This document shows, in pieces, positions 37,303-50,706 of a stretch of DNA of 64,000 nt. The notes under the pieces were generated by a model that made no database searches, was not told where the DNA came from, and was given only the letters and a program-made list of their open reading frames with translations. Source of the DNA: Psammoneis japonica (lineage: Eukaryota); assembly GCA_008632985.1 (NCBI GenBank), contig QPGO01000077.1:124001-188000 (forward strand). Reading direction: 5' to 3'. The position numbers were made by a program, and so were the translations under genes. Position 1 is the first letter of the stretch. Each line of letters starts with the position of its first letter.

Positions 37303-37805
37303 TCTTCTCGACGTCTAGTAGAAGCGCTTCTGCACGGTAGATTCTTCTCAGCGAGAGAGCGAGGTGTGCTTCCTTCTCTTTCATACAAAAGAAATGATGC
37401 AATACCCAACACAGTTCTTAGGCGACAACGGATTGCTTTGCTCGTCTTCCAACTCGTGTTGATGAATTAAAGGCAGCGGAATGAATCAACAGTGATAACA
37501 GTGTTGACAACGGAGTATCGTGTTACAAAAGCGATGTGCGATGTGCGATGTGCGTAAGTAACCCGGATGTTGAGATTGACAAACGTGCTCTCTCCAGTTT
37601 TGGGATTTCGGTGCTCTTTTTCCCTTTTCCACTTTTTGAGATTTTCGCAGATTTCTCGAAAATTTTGAAAAAAAGCAAACGGAAACAGCATCACCATCAC
37701 TGATCACTGATCGTTGATCGTGGCAGTGTTGTCAGTTCCATTGTTAGGTACCTCCGATCCCTTGTCAACACCGTTTTCATTGTTCAGTGTATAAAAGCTT
37801 CAACC

Positions 37806-39909
37806 ATGAGCAGTGATGTCAAGGAAGTGGTGAAAGCGGAGCTCAATGCAAAGCGAACAAAGTTATGGTTGCCTCCGTACTGTGACACGGATGGCAAGCC
37901 AACGAGACGGAGCTGATGAAACTGGCTCAGCAAATTGGAACCAATCATACACAGAAAGATACACTGGCCATTATACTATTGGCAGTCACGTGCTCTAGAA
38001 AAGAGGTTCAAAAAGGCAGAAAGTTACACGAGCTCGTTGGAAATAAATTGATGGGGCTGAGAAGTACGCTCGATCCAAGCACGTTTCAAGTTCCAAAGTC
38101 GTTTGCCGAGAATGTGCAGGTGGCACCCAAGTCTCTAAAACTGCAAAAGTTGAAAGTGAATTGACTGTTTCAGAAATCACAACACAACTGGTGACGCTGC
38201 TGGGTGTATCGAGCCTGAGCCTCGTCCACAAGGGCAAACCGATTGCAGACAGTAGTGCACGACTGAACGAGATTTCACTTGGAAAAAGTACCGTGCTTCT
38301 TTGCCTCGTTTCGTACGAGGAGGAAAAGCTCCAAAGAGACGAAACTCAAACAGCCAATATACTATCCCATGAAGAGTCATTGATTGCGTCCATTCGGTCC
38401 GCCGCTGCACGCCTCGGTGGCTCGCAATCTAGCAGGTTTGAGATAACCGACCAACGAGGGAACATTGTCGCCATGAAGGACTCGGAACGCCTTGCCTTTC
38501 TCACGGCTCTTGGTCTTCATCGTCTTGGTCGAAAGCATATGGAAGAGTCGCAAAACAACAACAATCCCTCGAGTGCCCTGCTCTTTCTATTGCAAGCAGA
38601 TGAAGAGTGGAAGTCCAACATTAGTCGAGACTGGCACAACCGGGTTGACAATTACGGGTTGCTCCAGTTGGATATTTGTTGGGTACACCTCCAGCTCGAG
38701 TCGCTTGAAAATCTCGAAGACGTTGTCATTCGGCTTGACATTGCCGAATCCGTGCTGCGCAAGCAAGTTCACAAAAACTTTGTAACGTTGGCGATTGCAC
38801 AGGCCGAAATGGGCAATGCCGAAAATGTGCCTCCGCTCGCGGCGATTTTCTGCCGCTTGTTTCTACTTCAAGGCATTGCGTATCGATACGCACACGTGGA
38901 CAAGAAGAAGAGCGAGGAGCGTCTCGATTGGGCCTGGTCACTCTGTCAGAGTTTGCGGAGCGTCTCGTCAGACGACGCGGTCAACAGCCTGGTAGAAGCC
39001 GTTGGAGTATCCAAGTTTGATGCGATTGCGGTCTTGAGACGTAGCCACGGTAATCCCAATGCAGCGGCCACTCTTTTGGAACAAGATTGGGAGGATGCAG
39101 TAAAGCAAAGCAAAAAGCGCAAGCAGCAACGGGCACTGGGGCTTTGCGAAGACGGCATGGACCCTGTGAATCTGGACCTGCTCAAGCAGCTGCAAGACAT
39201 GCTAGGCTTGCCATCCATTGCAGGCAATGACGCTACGAGTCCCAATATTGAACAGATTGCAGCTGGTTTGTTGAGACTTACAAATAATGACTTGTCCGCA
39301 GCTCTGGATCTATATCAAGAAATGAATGGCAGCATCGATACGACACTGAGCCAACGCATTGATGAGCTGGACCGAAAGCAAGGCGTCAAAAAGTCGTCGA
39401 AAAAGCCACACAGAGACAATGCAGTAGAGGTGGATCAAATGGCACTGGGTACTATGGTTAGCATGGGAGTGGACGAATCACTAGCCAAGGATGCTCTCCG
39501 CGCGTCGGACAACAATGTGGAAATGTCGCTCCTTTGGCTGACTACCCGAGGACAAGACGAGGCGGCTGCGCCACAAGCAGAAGGTGATTCCGAGCGTGCA
39601 ATCAGTTTACCAAAGAAGGAGCCTGCAGGATCCGAGGATCAGAGCAGTGATGGTAGTGGTAGTATACACAATGACCAAGACGATGTCGACTTTGATGAAG
39701 AGAGCGACGAGAGTGATATCGACAAAGAGTTGGACGAAGCCGAGGCTCTGTTGCAGAAAGAACTTGGCGAGGCCTTGCACGAACGCGATTTAGAAAAGGA
39801 TTATCTTGGATGTAGTCTGGATGAAGAATGGAGCTTTCTCCAAAGTATCGGGAACAAACATAAATTAGACGCGCACAGTAGAGAGTTTAAAGATGGCGGG
39901 TATCACTAA
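37806..39909 (+). CDS. NUB1: NEDD8 ultimate buster 1-like (UBL-NUB1-UBA); 5' part frameshifted
   Basis: KLWLPPY at the N-terminus; ALGLHRLGRK..ALLFLLQAD..VDNYGLLQLDICW; UBA MVSMGVDESLAKDALRASDNNVEMSLLWL. Confidence 0.85.
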
Positions 39910-40379
39910 AGATTGTACGCTAGAGTGAATTGTAGTCTTACAACTACACAATATAGAGATCAGCCTTTATCAATAGAGTGATGAGTCTCTAGATGTGTAG
40001 TTGCAACTCTAGCTACTACTACTACTCTCTCTAGTCTACCCCCAGCTCTACTGTAGCTCTAGCAGCAAAAGCGTCTCTCGTCGCTGGATAAACAACCTCT
40101 CACCCGCAAAATAACAAACTACAGAATGAATTTTAAAATAACCATAAGTGGGCTCCCGCGCGGGAGTAGATATTTAAAGGAAAGAGCCGCGAAACAAAGC
40201 TCACAATAAATGTGGGTAGCCAGCAGGGGAGTGCAAAAGTCAACACGATGTTGCTGTTGCTGCAAGGATGCAGAGAGAGGAGGAGAACGGCTGGCGACGT
40301 TGAGAAGCGACGGCGCTTTCCTCCTGAATGCTCTTTTGATATTCAAGTTGCGCCTGCCGAGATTGCTTGAATCATCGTC

Positions 40380-41162
40380 ATGCCCAAAGAGAAAGCCTCC
40401 AAGAAGAAGGCGCCGCAAGGCAAAGGTGTAAAGAGGAAGGTAATAAAACAGCTTGAGAAATTACCGTCATGCAACAATCTCGACCCTTCCACTCGTCAAT
40501 TCTTGATTTACCCACTTGGAACCGGGGGACCGATCAACAACTGGAAGCAGGACAACTTGTACGTCAGTTTGATCGAGCAGTATCGCAAGGAGTACATTTT
40601 CCTCGATGAGACCTTGTCTGGTGCTAGAATCAACAAAAGAAAGAAAGAGATTGCCAAGATTATCATTGATCATTTTCATGGGATGAAGGGTCAATTTGTT
40701 GAATGGAAGGAGGGAGAATGGGCTGTTGTTTCGGATGAGAAGAGGCTGCTGGAAGTAACGCAACAAAAGTTGAGACAAGACGCTCGAAGACACAAAGCAA
40801 GAATCAAAGAAGAAGAGCGACAAGCCGACATTGCACGGATGCAAGCCGAGGCCCAGCAAGCATGGGAGGCCGGTAACTTCTATGCGCAAATGTGCCACCA
40901 GCGATACCAACAAATGCAACGCTGGCCTCTCATTGAGAGGCACAATTTCTTTGCTGCCCATGACAACCCTCCAGCAGCGAATCTCATTGCAAACCAAGGA
41001 CCTCCAGCAGCAGCAATGCCTGATCCTCCAGCAGCGGCCATGCCTGCAGCAAACCAAGAGGCCGCAGCTTCAACCGACTCAATGAGCAACGCAGGGACAC
41101 TCCTGGGCGATGGGGACGATGCCTCTGCTGTTACACAGCCGTTCAATTGGGAGCAAATTTAG
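40380..41162 (+). CDS. DUF6824-like diatom protein with PPAAAM repeats
   Basis: LGTGGPINN...LYVSLIEQYRKEY...KKEIAKII....KGQFVE....WAVVSDEK.....QQKLRQ pattern. Confidence 0.65.
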   Translation: MPKEKASKKKAPQGKGVKRKVIKQLEKLPSCNNLDPSTRQFLIYPLGTGGPINNWKQDNLYVSLIEQYRKEYIFLDETLSGARINKRKKEIAKIIIDHFHGMKGQFVEWKEGEWAVVSDEKRLLEVTQQKLRQDARRHKARIKEEERQADIARMQAEAQQAWEAGNFYAQMCHQRYQQMQRWPLIERHNFFAAHDNPPAANLIANQGPPAAAMPDPPAAAMPAANQEAAASTDSMSNAGTLLGDGDDASAVTQPFNWEQI

Positions 41163-41907
41163 GTGGCAGCTCGGGGCGAACGACAATTGCAGTATTTGCA
41201 GACGGCTGGTTGCCACGTTTTGGGGGGGGGGATTGTTATTATTTGTACGGGATACCGCGAAGAAACCATGATGGTTTAGGGATGCATCCTTCTCTTCGCA
41301 CTTGGGGTATTGTCATTCGGTGTGGGTGCACTGAAATGCTTGTATTTTGGGGGGTTTTCACACTACAAACCTGCACAATGGGGTGCCGGGGAAGTTATTG
41401 CAAATATGCAGAAGCAGAGCGCGAGATTGGGGATTGTTCGACTCACGAAGTGTAGCAGGCAGAGAAGTAACAACGTGTCTTTCTTTTCAACATACTCGTA
41501 GGCTGTAAATGTAGTTGGTTAGAGATATGGCTCTGCCAAGAAGTAGTGGCTTATTCCTTGAACACTTGTGCAAAGTATTTGAGCATTTCTCGTTTGCGAT
41601 TTTATCGATGATGCATCTGAAATCTGTGAATGATGGATTGTCATCGTCGTCGTGGATTGAGATAGGCGCGAGAATAGAAAAGCGGATTACTTCGATTAGA
41701 GTCGTCGTGTGAGTCCTTCATTACACACGACTGAACGCCTCCGTCGAAGCGTGAAGCCTCTCATGTTATGCGGTATGCGGTATCAGTGTCATATTCTCAA
41801 GTCTGACTTCAAAGCGTCGCCGAACTCTTCTTTTGATCTATCCCTGCAATCAATTAAACAACATATTTATCCGCTTAGATTCAGGGCTCCCTTTCAGCGA
41901 GAACAAA

Positions 41908-43464
41908 ATGACTTATCTGCAGTCTAGTCTCGGCGACACCGCCTCCATCTCGCTTGTCGCCGCAGTTGGGATACTGACGGTGATACTCTACCGCTTCACC
42001 CAAAGGCAGAAGCAGATGGATGTTCCCCCTTTACCACCCAACGGCCCTTCCTTTTCCGAATTTATTCGTGCTACTCAGAATCATCAACTCGCCAACTTGC
42101 AAGCCAAGTGGGTATCCCAATACGGCGACTACTTTACCATCCCTTCGCCGTCCCGTTTGATTGCTCCTAATCAGGTGTGCGTGGCGCACCCACCCACGGT
42201 CCGCGAACTGACTGTCGTTCAAAGTCGAGCCTCGAGATTTACGACTCGCACTCCCGCCTTTGCAGCGGCTACGCGCATGGCTGTGGGCACCTCGGTCACT
42301 GGTTTCCAGGGTGAGGAATGGCGTTGGCGCAAAGATGCCCTGCTCAAAGAATTCCACCAATCACGATTGCTGTCGGAAGAACGCGGGTTGCTCGAAACAA
42401 TTATAGAAAGGGGTCAACAGCTTTGTGAGGAGTTGGAAAAGGCATCGGATGATTCCGGGGTGGTGGAGGTGGATATCATCACGACGCGGGCGGCCGCAAG
42501 TGTCGTTCTCTTTTTCCTGTTTGGAAAGGACAATCTCGAGTTTGATCCCGAGTCGCTCCGAGACAGTGCCAAGGCCTTATTGGATTATCTAGCACATCTA
42601 TTGAGCAATCCATTGCATCGTCTCCTCAAATATGTGCCCTTCACCAAATGTCACGAATATGAAAAGAAGAAGATAGAAGCTTGGAAGAAAGTGGATTTGG
42701 TTGTCGCTCCCGAAATTGAGCAGCTGTTGGCGGAATCAAAAGGAGAAAAGCCCGTCACTAGAAAACCCGGATCGGTCATTGCCTCTCTGATTGCCAATGA
42801 AGAGCGATTTAAATCCGGTGGGGTAGATTTTATGATTGCAGAGGCGCGTGTCTTCGTGCAAGCAGGCTTTGAAACAACGGCTCATGCTTTAGCCTTTTCC
42901 TTTGGAATGTTGGCCGAGCGGCCCGATTTAGCTGAACGGCTTGCCCAAGAAGGTCGAGCCGCTCTTGGCAAGAATAAGACGTCGGGTTTTACTTATGAGG
43001 AAATGAAGATTGCGCTGGAGAAGACTCCTACATTCAAAAACTTTTTTCTTGAGTCTGTTCGGCTCTATCCGCTTGCGCCCGCCCTTGGAGGGTTGTGTAC
43101 CGAGAACATTGTCGTTACCAACAAAGTTGGTATCAAGTACGGTCTACCGAAGGGAACTCAACTCTACTTTCCAAACTTGGTCCTTCAACGCCATGCCGTC
43201 TATTCGAGAGGAAAGGATCCCGACACCATTGAACCCGATAGGTGGAATACCAAGCCATGGCCCTTTTTGCATACTTTCAACAATGGACCACACATGTGCC
43301 CTGGTAAGCCATTGTCCATGTTGGAGGGACACGTGTTTCTGCTCATGGCTGCGACGCGCTTTCAATTCGAGTTTCCTGGAGAGCAACGACGTGTCGAGTA
43401 TACGGATGACTTGTTGTTGAGACCCTGGCACGGAATGCCGCTTCGTGTCAAGAAGCGAACATAA
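41908..43464 (+). CDS. Cytochrome P450
   Basis: N-terminal anchor plus Pro cluster, WRWR, I-helix AGFETT, ESVR (ExxR), PDRW, heme loop FNNGPHMCPG. Confidence 0.95.
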   Translation: MTYLQSSLGDTASISLVAAVGILTVILYRFTQRQKQMDVPPLPPNGPSFSEFIRATQNHQLANLQAKWVSQYGDYFTIPSPSRLIAPNQVCVAHPPTVRELTVVQSRASRFTTRTPAFAAATRMAVGTSVTGFQGEEWRWRKDALLKEFHQSRLLSEERGLLETIIERGQQLCEELEKASDDSGVVEVDIITTRAAASVVLFFLFGKDNLEFDPESLRDSAKALLDYLAHLLSNPLHRLLKYVPFTKCHEYEKKKIEAWKKVDLVVAPEIEQLLAESKGEKPVTRKPGSVIASLIANEERFKSGGVDFMIAEARVFVQAGFETTAHALAFSFGMLAERPDLAERLAQEGRAALGKNKTSGFTYEEMKIALEKTPTFKNFFLESVRLYPLAPALGGLCTENIVVTNKVGIKYGLPKGTQLYFPNLVLQRHAVYSRGKDPDTIEPDRWNTKPWPFLHTFNNGPHMCPGKPLSMLEGHVFLLMAATRFQFEFPGEQRRVEYTDDLLLRPWHGMPLRVKKRT

Positions 43465-43899
43465 GGCATCATAAAACAAATTCCCACGGGACGTGATCAT
43501 GCGCAGCTTCAGCATCCAAAGTCTACGTGGCGAGCAAACGTTATCTATGATTTGTTCATGATTTAATCTTTTTGAGACACCAAACCATCCTTTATACGAC
43601 AAGCCATGGGCAAAACATGGGCATCGATTCGGCGTTTTCGATGGACGTTGCCTGCCTCAACATTGTCATTCCTATCGAGATTCGATTTGCTACGTTAAAA
43701 TTTCATCATGCAATACACTCTATCGAGCTCATTCATTCTATTTTTCACAAGGACAAAACTGTTTTACATTTCAACGATTAATAGTGAGGCCACCTACGTG
43801 AAGCAGTCAGAATTCACCTGTGCTCCATCGGGGATGACCAATTCGATTTCTACTCTTCTTAATATTCTTCAGGGGTCGGCGACATAGTTGGCGACGCTG

Positions 43900-45706
43900 T
43901 TACAGCGGGAGGTACAAGGGTTCCATGCATGGGTCATAACAGTAATTGAACTTAGGCCTTGGCTCTCCTTGACATCCAGGTGGAACAGCTCCTGTTTCGG
44001 GCCAACATAGGAGCCCTTCTTTGCACTGCCCGTCGTGGAAACACGTTCCCTGACACCTGTCGAGAGGGAACAGCTCAGGAACTAACTTGAATTTCCCAAT
44101 CTTTTCGACGAATGGCAGAGACGTCGGTCCAGTGGTCGCATAGGGAGTTGGCGAAGGAGTTGAGACAGGCGAGGAGGTCGGCGGATCGGTTGCGGGGGAC
44201 AAAGTCGGTGAACCAGTTGCAGGAGCCGTTGGCGCAGAAGTTGGTGGAGATGCGGTTGGTTCAGGAGAAGAAGGGGTGGTGCTGTCGTCGTAGCAGTATC
44301 GCACACCAGCTTCTGGCTCTCCTTTGCATCCAGGGGGGGCAACTCCTATAATTACAGAGCAAGGTGGCGTTAGCAAAATACGGTATGGGAGAAGCACAAA
44401 AGGGGAAGATTATGGAAAACAAACTTACCTGCGACAGGCCAACACTTGAGGTCACCACTACACTGATTATCGACAAAGCAGAATCCTTGGCACACATCCA
44501 AAGGGAATTTTTCTGGAACTCTTCCGAACTTTCCAACCTTTTTTAGATATTGGTCTTGCATATCTGACTGAGTTGGCGCAGGGGAAGGAGGCATGTCCTG
44601 TTCTTTGTAACAGTATCGCACGTCGGCTTCTGGTACTCCTTGACATCCTGGGGGGCTCACTCCTACAAGGGAAAGAGCGAAGTAGCGTAAGCAAATATTG
44701 ATGAAATGGATAGAGGAGAAAATGGGAAAAGAAACTTGCCTTTTTCAGGCCAACACTTGAGATCTCCGCTGCACTGTTTATCGCTGAAACAGAATCCTTG
44801 GCACACATCAAGAGGAAACAATTCTGGAACTCTTCCGTACTTTCCAACCTTTTTAAGGTACGGGAGTTCCATGCCTCCATCAGTTGGCGCAGGGGTAGGA
44901 GGCATATCCTGTTCTTTGTAACAGTATCGCACGTCGGCTTCTGGTTCTCCTTGACATCCTGGGGGGCTCACTCCTAAAGTGACAAAGAGCGAAGTAGTGT
45001 AAGCAAATATTGATAACATCCATAGAGGGGAAAGGGAGAAACGAAACTTGCCTTTGTCGGGCCAACACTTGAGGTCTCCGCTGCACTGTTTATCGCTGAA
45101 ACAGTATCCTTGGCACACATCCAAAGGGAACAATTCTGGAACTTTTTTGTACTTTCCAATCGTTTCAAGGTACGGGAGTTCCATACCGGCAGGAGTTGGC
45201 GAAGGGGTTGTGGTAGGAGGCATGTCCTCGGCTTTGTAACAGTACTGAATATTCATGTTCGCATCTCCTTTGCATCCAGGGGGAACCTCTCCTGAAACGA
45301 CAAAGATCAAATTAGTGTTAGTAAATCTTGGTAAATATAAAAAGGAAAGAGTGAAAAAAGGCATTCGCACCTTTCTGCGGCCAGCACTTAAATCCCTCCT
45401 TGCACTGGTAGTCATTATCGCAATCGCCCTGTAATGGTCAAGTAGAAATGTCAAGAAGATTTTGTGAGCAATTAATTCCAACTGTAGTCGCATCAGAGAG
45501 TCTCTCCCCGTTGCTTTACTCACCTTGCATCTACCAAGCGGAAACCTTTCGGGGTGCTTGTCATAATTTCCAATGTGTTTGAGAAAGACAAGGAAGCCGG
45601 AAGTTTCAGTCATTCCGCGTAGCCCAAAACTGTCGGGTTCTTCTTCACCGTTGGCCAAGAGTGGCGCCGCCATTGCCAAGGTTGCAAAAAGCGCTTTGAA
45701 GTTCAT
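43900..45706 (-). CDS. Frustulin-like secreted cell-wall protein, five ACR-type domains, multi-exon
   Basis: Signal peptide MNFKALFATLAMAAPLLANG; repeats of FPL..C(K/Q)GxC..D.QC..(G/D)L.CWP..G.PPGC.G.....YCY separated by Pro/Thr linkers. Confidence 0.85.
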
Positions 45707-46100
45707 AATGGTGTTACTGGGAAGTCAACGCAGACAACTCGATCGGATCTCCAATTTCGTCGGAGGGAAATTTGTGAGAATTACATGTTGTTGCCACGGC
45801 TGCTGCTGCAGGGATCGAAAGATTTGAATTTTGTTTTCAATTTTCAAAAATTGTGAGGAACGAACCGAACTTTCGAAATAGTGGTTTGATTATTGTAGTG
45901 CATGAATACATGAATTTGCTGTGAGATGTCCCGGTCATTTTGAAGACGTTTTACGTAGTTTCTGACGTCACGTCATTTCCGGGTCTCAGGTCGCTTCGAC
46001 AAAGCCAAGGGCGGGAAGCCAAAACAAAAAAAGGCGAGCGAAGATCGACGATCGAGTGTCCAGGCGGAAAGAGGAGAGAGCATTGTATGTGAAGCAAAGA

Positions 46101-46662
46101 ATGTCGAGAACAAACCTCCAATACCCAAACCTGGCGAACTGCAAAATGGTTGTTTCCAGTGCAACAGCGTCGTCGAGACCACCGGTGAAACTTCCACAAC
46201 AATGTCTCGACGTTGCAAATACCGACGTCCCAAAGGCGTACGATTTCTCTCTAGGTGCGACTTAATTGGCGTATTCAAATGTATCTGCGAACGCGTATTG
46301 AGGTCGTGTAATTTTCTTATTCAATGCGAAACACGAATCAGCCAGGTGATGACCTGCATGCAAATAAATTTGGTGCATCACGGTTGGACCGACATGCACA
46401 ACAATAATGTCTCACAACTACTATCTTTTCGTTTTCGTTGCATCTTTCTCTTGCAGAAAAGAGTGTTTTAAAAAAGAAAGAGCTTCGAGATCGGGACATG
46501 ATTGTCACAACATCCAACAGTCGCGAAGAACTGGAGCAGTCGATTCTTGTCAAAATGAAGAGCGTCACGGGCGCCGAGGAGGATGTTTGTGTCGCAATGC
46601 TTGAAGATAATGGATGGGAGTTGAAAACGTCCATTGAAACATTTTTCCAATCGAATCAATAG
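46101..46662 (+). CDS. Small protein with C-terminal UBA-like domain, 2 exons
   Basis: Exons 46101-46254 and 46457-46662 join in frame (DFSLE-KSVL); KMKSVTGAEEDVCVAMLEDNGWELKTSIETFF. Confidence 0.7.
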
Positions 46663-47079
46663 CAACAGTGTAGGAGGAGGGATAATGAAGAGATTGTTTT
46701 GGTTTCCGGCTGACACGCCTTTGTTGCGAAAATACATGGGATTCTGAGCTCTTCACTTCTAATTCATAATCTTAAGAAAACCAGCTCTTGTGCTTTGCTT
46801 TACATTTTCTAATGTCTACAGCGTGACTTGCAACACACTCGAGCTAGAGTAGACGAGACAGAGACGAAAACTTTGGTCATGAAGTGCTCATGAGCTTGTG
46901 CTTTTCCTCGTAAACAAAAGAACGCAACGAACGCTATCGCACGCAACGCGACGTGTGGGACCGCACGCAACACCATCGACGAAAGCGGCGGTGTCTTCCA
47001 TGTCACCGAAGTGCACAGATGAGAAAGCTTAAAATGTGTCACTTGATGGCACAGCTCATTGAGTTAGGAGTTAGGTAGG

Positions 47080-48500
47080 GCCCTAGAGGCAACAATGCTT
47101 GACTTGCCCCACGGCAAGACGACAGCACGCAGCTTGCTCAAATCTCGATCGAGCCAAAATGACAATTGCCTCTGTTGAGTTCCAAACATGTTGCATGGGC
47201 AAAACCATTCATCTTCCATACAGTGTCATCAGGGCTTGGAATTGGATGTGGATGGCAGATGAGACATGAGTTGAGGTCGTGAAGAGGTCAGTGAGAAACC
47301 ATCCAGACTCCAACATCTTTCTTGGGAGATGGATCAAACTCGTGGAAAGCCTTGTGCTAACTGAATTTTTTTAGTTAAAGCACCAATGCTCTCCAACACA
47401 TCAACTTCTTTGTCTGCATTGTGTTGAAGAGTTTGTGGAGCAGTGTGAGCATTTGGACAACAAGGCTGAGATCCTCTTAGCTTGACTCGAAGCTTGGCTG
47501 GTGGGCCAGGAGCAGCACCGAGAGATCCCTCAAATGGACTCAAGTGACAACCAAATGATTCAAGCAGATCTTGCTGTTGGGACTCAGAGAGATGGCTGCA
47601 CTTCAAAGCCTTTTTATGGTTCCATGGCTGGCACAACTCTGCTGATGCTTTTTGCACTCATGACGAACAACACTGCATTCTTTTTCCATCATTGGAATGT
47701 GTGCAGTTCCATGGACAGGGCATGCACTGCCTGAAAATTATTTTCCACAGCTGCTGCCACCAGCTCCTTAACTCTTGCTGTCACTTTGATTCAAGAACCA
47801 GTTTCTGCCATGACAGTTGGATGGATTGCTTGGTGTTTCATCAATTTGTGAACCACTTTGAGGATTGTTTGGCTCCATTTGGTGCAAGCTCTCACAATGC
47901 TGGGCTTGTTGGTTTGCAATGCCCAAACATTGAATGTTTGCTTGGGTTTGTTCATTTTTCCAGCATTTGGGTCCAGACTTCTGGTGATCAAGGTGAGCTC
48001 CACTTCCACAAGTTTGGGGTGTGCTGCATGTTGTCATCTGCTGTTGCAAGTGAGAGCATGATGTTGGCAAGGTCATTGAGCTGTTGGAGAAACAACTGGA
48101 TTGCATGTTGCACAATTTGCTTTGTTGGAGACTGTGGCCAGTCTTTGGTGTCCACTGCAATGTTGCAGGTTGTCTTGGTTGAGACAAAATCCTCAAGCAG
48201 TGCATCAAATGTGTCTTGGCCTCATGGTCTTCACTCTGTTCTAGCATGTGCAAGATCTCCCTTTGTGTGACTTGATGTGCTTGCATGGTTGCAAGAGGAG
48301 ATGAGGAGAGATTGTGAGAGCAAATGCATCCAATGACCATCTTGATGTCTGGTGCATTGATCAACAATGTGTGTTTGTCAGAGGAGGCACACACTCAACT
48401 TGAAGCATGAGTGACTTAAATCAATCACTCTTCCCCACTCCATGGTGTGCATGTGACTGTGCACCATGACTCACGCAACCCATTTGAAAGCTCAGACATT
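47080..48500 (-). mobile_element. Decayed Gypsy pol (reverse transcriptase N-terminal region)
   Basis: PFEGSLGAAPGPPAKL...QPCCPNAHTAPQT...KEVDVLESIGAL and downstream VLPWGK, matching Gypsy RT with Tyr read as Cys/His. Confidence 0.7.
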
Positions 48501-50591
48501 GGGAAAAACCCTCAGCTCCTCTGATGCAGCATCACACAACAAATGTCAATCCACTTGACAATGTGCAACATCTGCAGCACTGGTGCAGCCCAGTTGGCAT
48601 GGACTTGCACTGATTGAAATGGGCCCAGAGCTTGAGCCTCCAACAATTGGCAGGATCAACAGACTTGGGGTTGGCGCATCTTGCCCACTTGACAATCAAA
48701 GGATCTGCTGACACCAAAAGATCTTGTTGATGAGCACTTGACAGCTGGCTCAAGGCTCAAATCATGGTCTCACATCCACCACTGCTGGAAATTCCAAAAA
48801 CACATCCTGCCAGAGGTCCGGCACTCCTGACTGAACAGATTGCAGCTCTCAGAAAAACAAACAAAGCAGGGCATGAGACACCACACAGCCAGCATGTCAC
48901 AAACTGTCTCATTGGCCTGTTAAAGATTTTCAGGAGGGTCAGCAAAAGAGCACAATTCACAGGACATTGGCTGCTGTTTGATGCATTCTTTCACAACCTA
49001 AGTTGGCTTGAGGATTGCATGACATGCAGTTGGCACATCTGTTGAGACTGCTGGATTGAGCAGCATCAGAGGTTCTCCCAACCAACAAACCTTCCTTTGT
49101 TGTCATGCACACAATGATTCAGTCAGGGATGAGCATGAGACAACCAAAAGTTTTGGAGCTTGTTGGAGACATGTGGCAAGGGGCTTCATTTTCAATGCAC
49201 ACTGGCTCAGTCAATCCAGCAATGGTGCCAATGCAACCAAGGGCACTGAGTTCAATCTCCACACCCCAACCAAACCACAACTTTCCACAGTTCAGTCAGA
49301 TCAACAGCAACTCAGGTCTACAGAATCAAAGGAACTTCTTGTTCCAGCAGCTTGCTAAAGCCAGGCCCAAGTTGCTTGCAATGACAACAAGCACTTTGCA
49401 TCAATGAGTTGCAGAAACAGCACAAATTGTTGGGAGATGATGAAAAATGAAAATGAGCACAAATCATTTTGCTTGCCACAAAGAAAAGACAACAATGGGG
49501 TGGGTGGGTTGCAGCAACATTTTGGCATGTGATTCAACCAATGAGCTCAAATCCAATGACAAGCTTGACTGCCCCTGGCTTTGTGGTCTGCAAAGCATGT
49601 AACAATGATTGTGCAGGTGCGTGTTGCACTGGTGGGCAAATTCAAAGCTTGCAAAAATGACAAATGAAGTGTGCAAAGTTCAACCCTTCTTAGACTCTTC
49701 AAACAGCACTCAACCAATGTCAAGGAGAGCAAGTGTGGGTCAGTCTTTGACTTGCATGGGAAACAACTAAAGAGCACTTGGTTTGTGGGTGCATCAATGT
49801 CCAAGGCCAAATCATTGCTTGGAAGTGCTTGTGCCAGCATTTTGCACACAAGACAAGCACACAACTTGGATGTGGGGCGAGATGCAGGTTTGTCCCTTGT
49901 CAACTTCACAGATGATGTGGGAGTGCTGGAGTGTCTTATTTCAAATGGAGCCAGAAAGGAAAATGGGGTTGGCAGATTGGTCATTTGGTTGAGAAGATCA
50001 ACTCCCACCCTTTTTTTATTTTGTGTTCAAACAGAGACAACAATGATCTCCCCAGTTGTGCCTCCACAAAGGGGCCAATGGAACCACCAAATTGGATTTG
50101 TCACTTTTCACAGGTGCATTGCTGAGGCACAGCCTGGGGGTGGTTTGCACACAAGCTCACATGTTGAAGACTGGCAGAGGTGGTTTTGGGCATGTTTTGT
50201 CACAGTTGCAACAAAGGGAACAACCAGCCCAACAGCATTTCTGTGTTTGTTGTTCAAAGTGAGCAATTCCACAGTCAAAAAGGGCAGTCTTCTGGAAACA
50301 CACAGTCAATCCACTGAGCCCAACCTTCTGAGTTTGCTGGACAAAGCACCAAACTTGTCAGGCATTTGTGATGCATGAGGGTCCAGCTTGGGGGGCATTG
50401 GCACAAGGTCACAAGAGAATCAGAGCCCCTCTCAAACCTTCGAAATCACGCTCGACAACGCATCGGCCTTGACAGCATGATTGTCTGTTATGACCGCTCA
50501 CACAATCTCGGAAACCTTCTGTCTTATCGCAAACTTTGCATCTCCCATGGCCCCCCAGTTTCGTCCCACCGGATTACAAACAGGGAGGCCC

Positions 50592-50624
<33 letters not shown>

Positions 50625-50706
50625 GGTGATTTGAATTAATCAATCGAGTCAACTCGCCTGTCCTCCACCACTTGGATTTTTTAATGCAACAACCTCAACC
50701 ACGTCA

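Noticed and set aside
48500..50400. Possible DIRS/Ngaro-like RT-RNase H remnant (CDA*GSSLGGIG)
   Set aside because: Too degraded; one weak motif does not support a family call.
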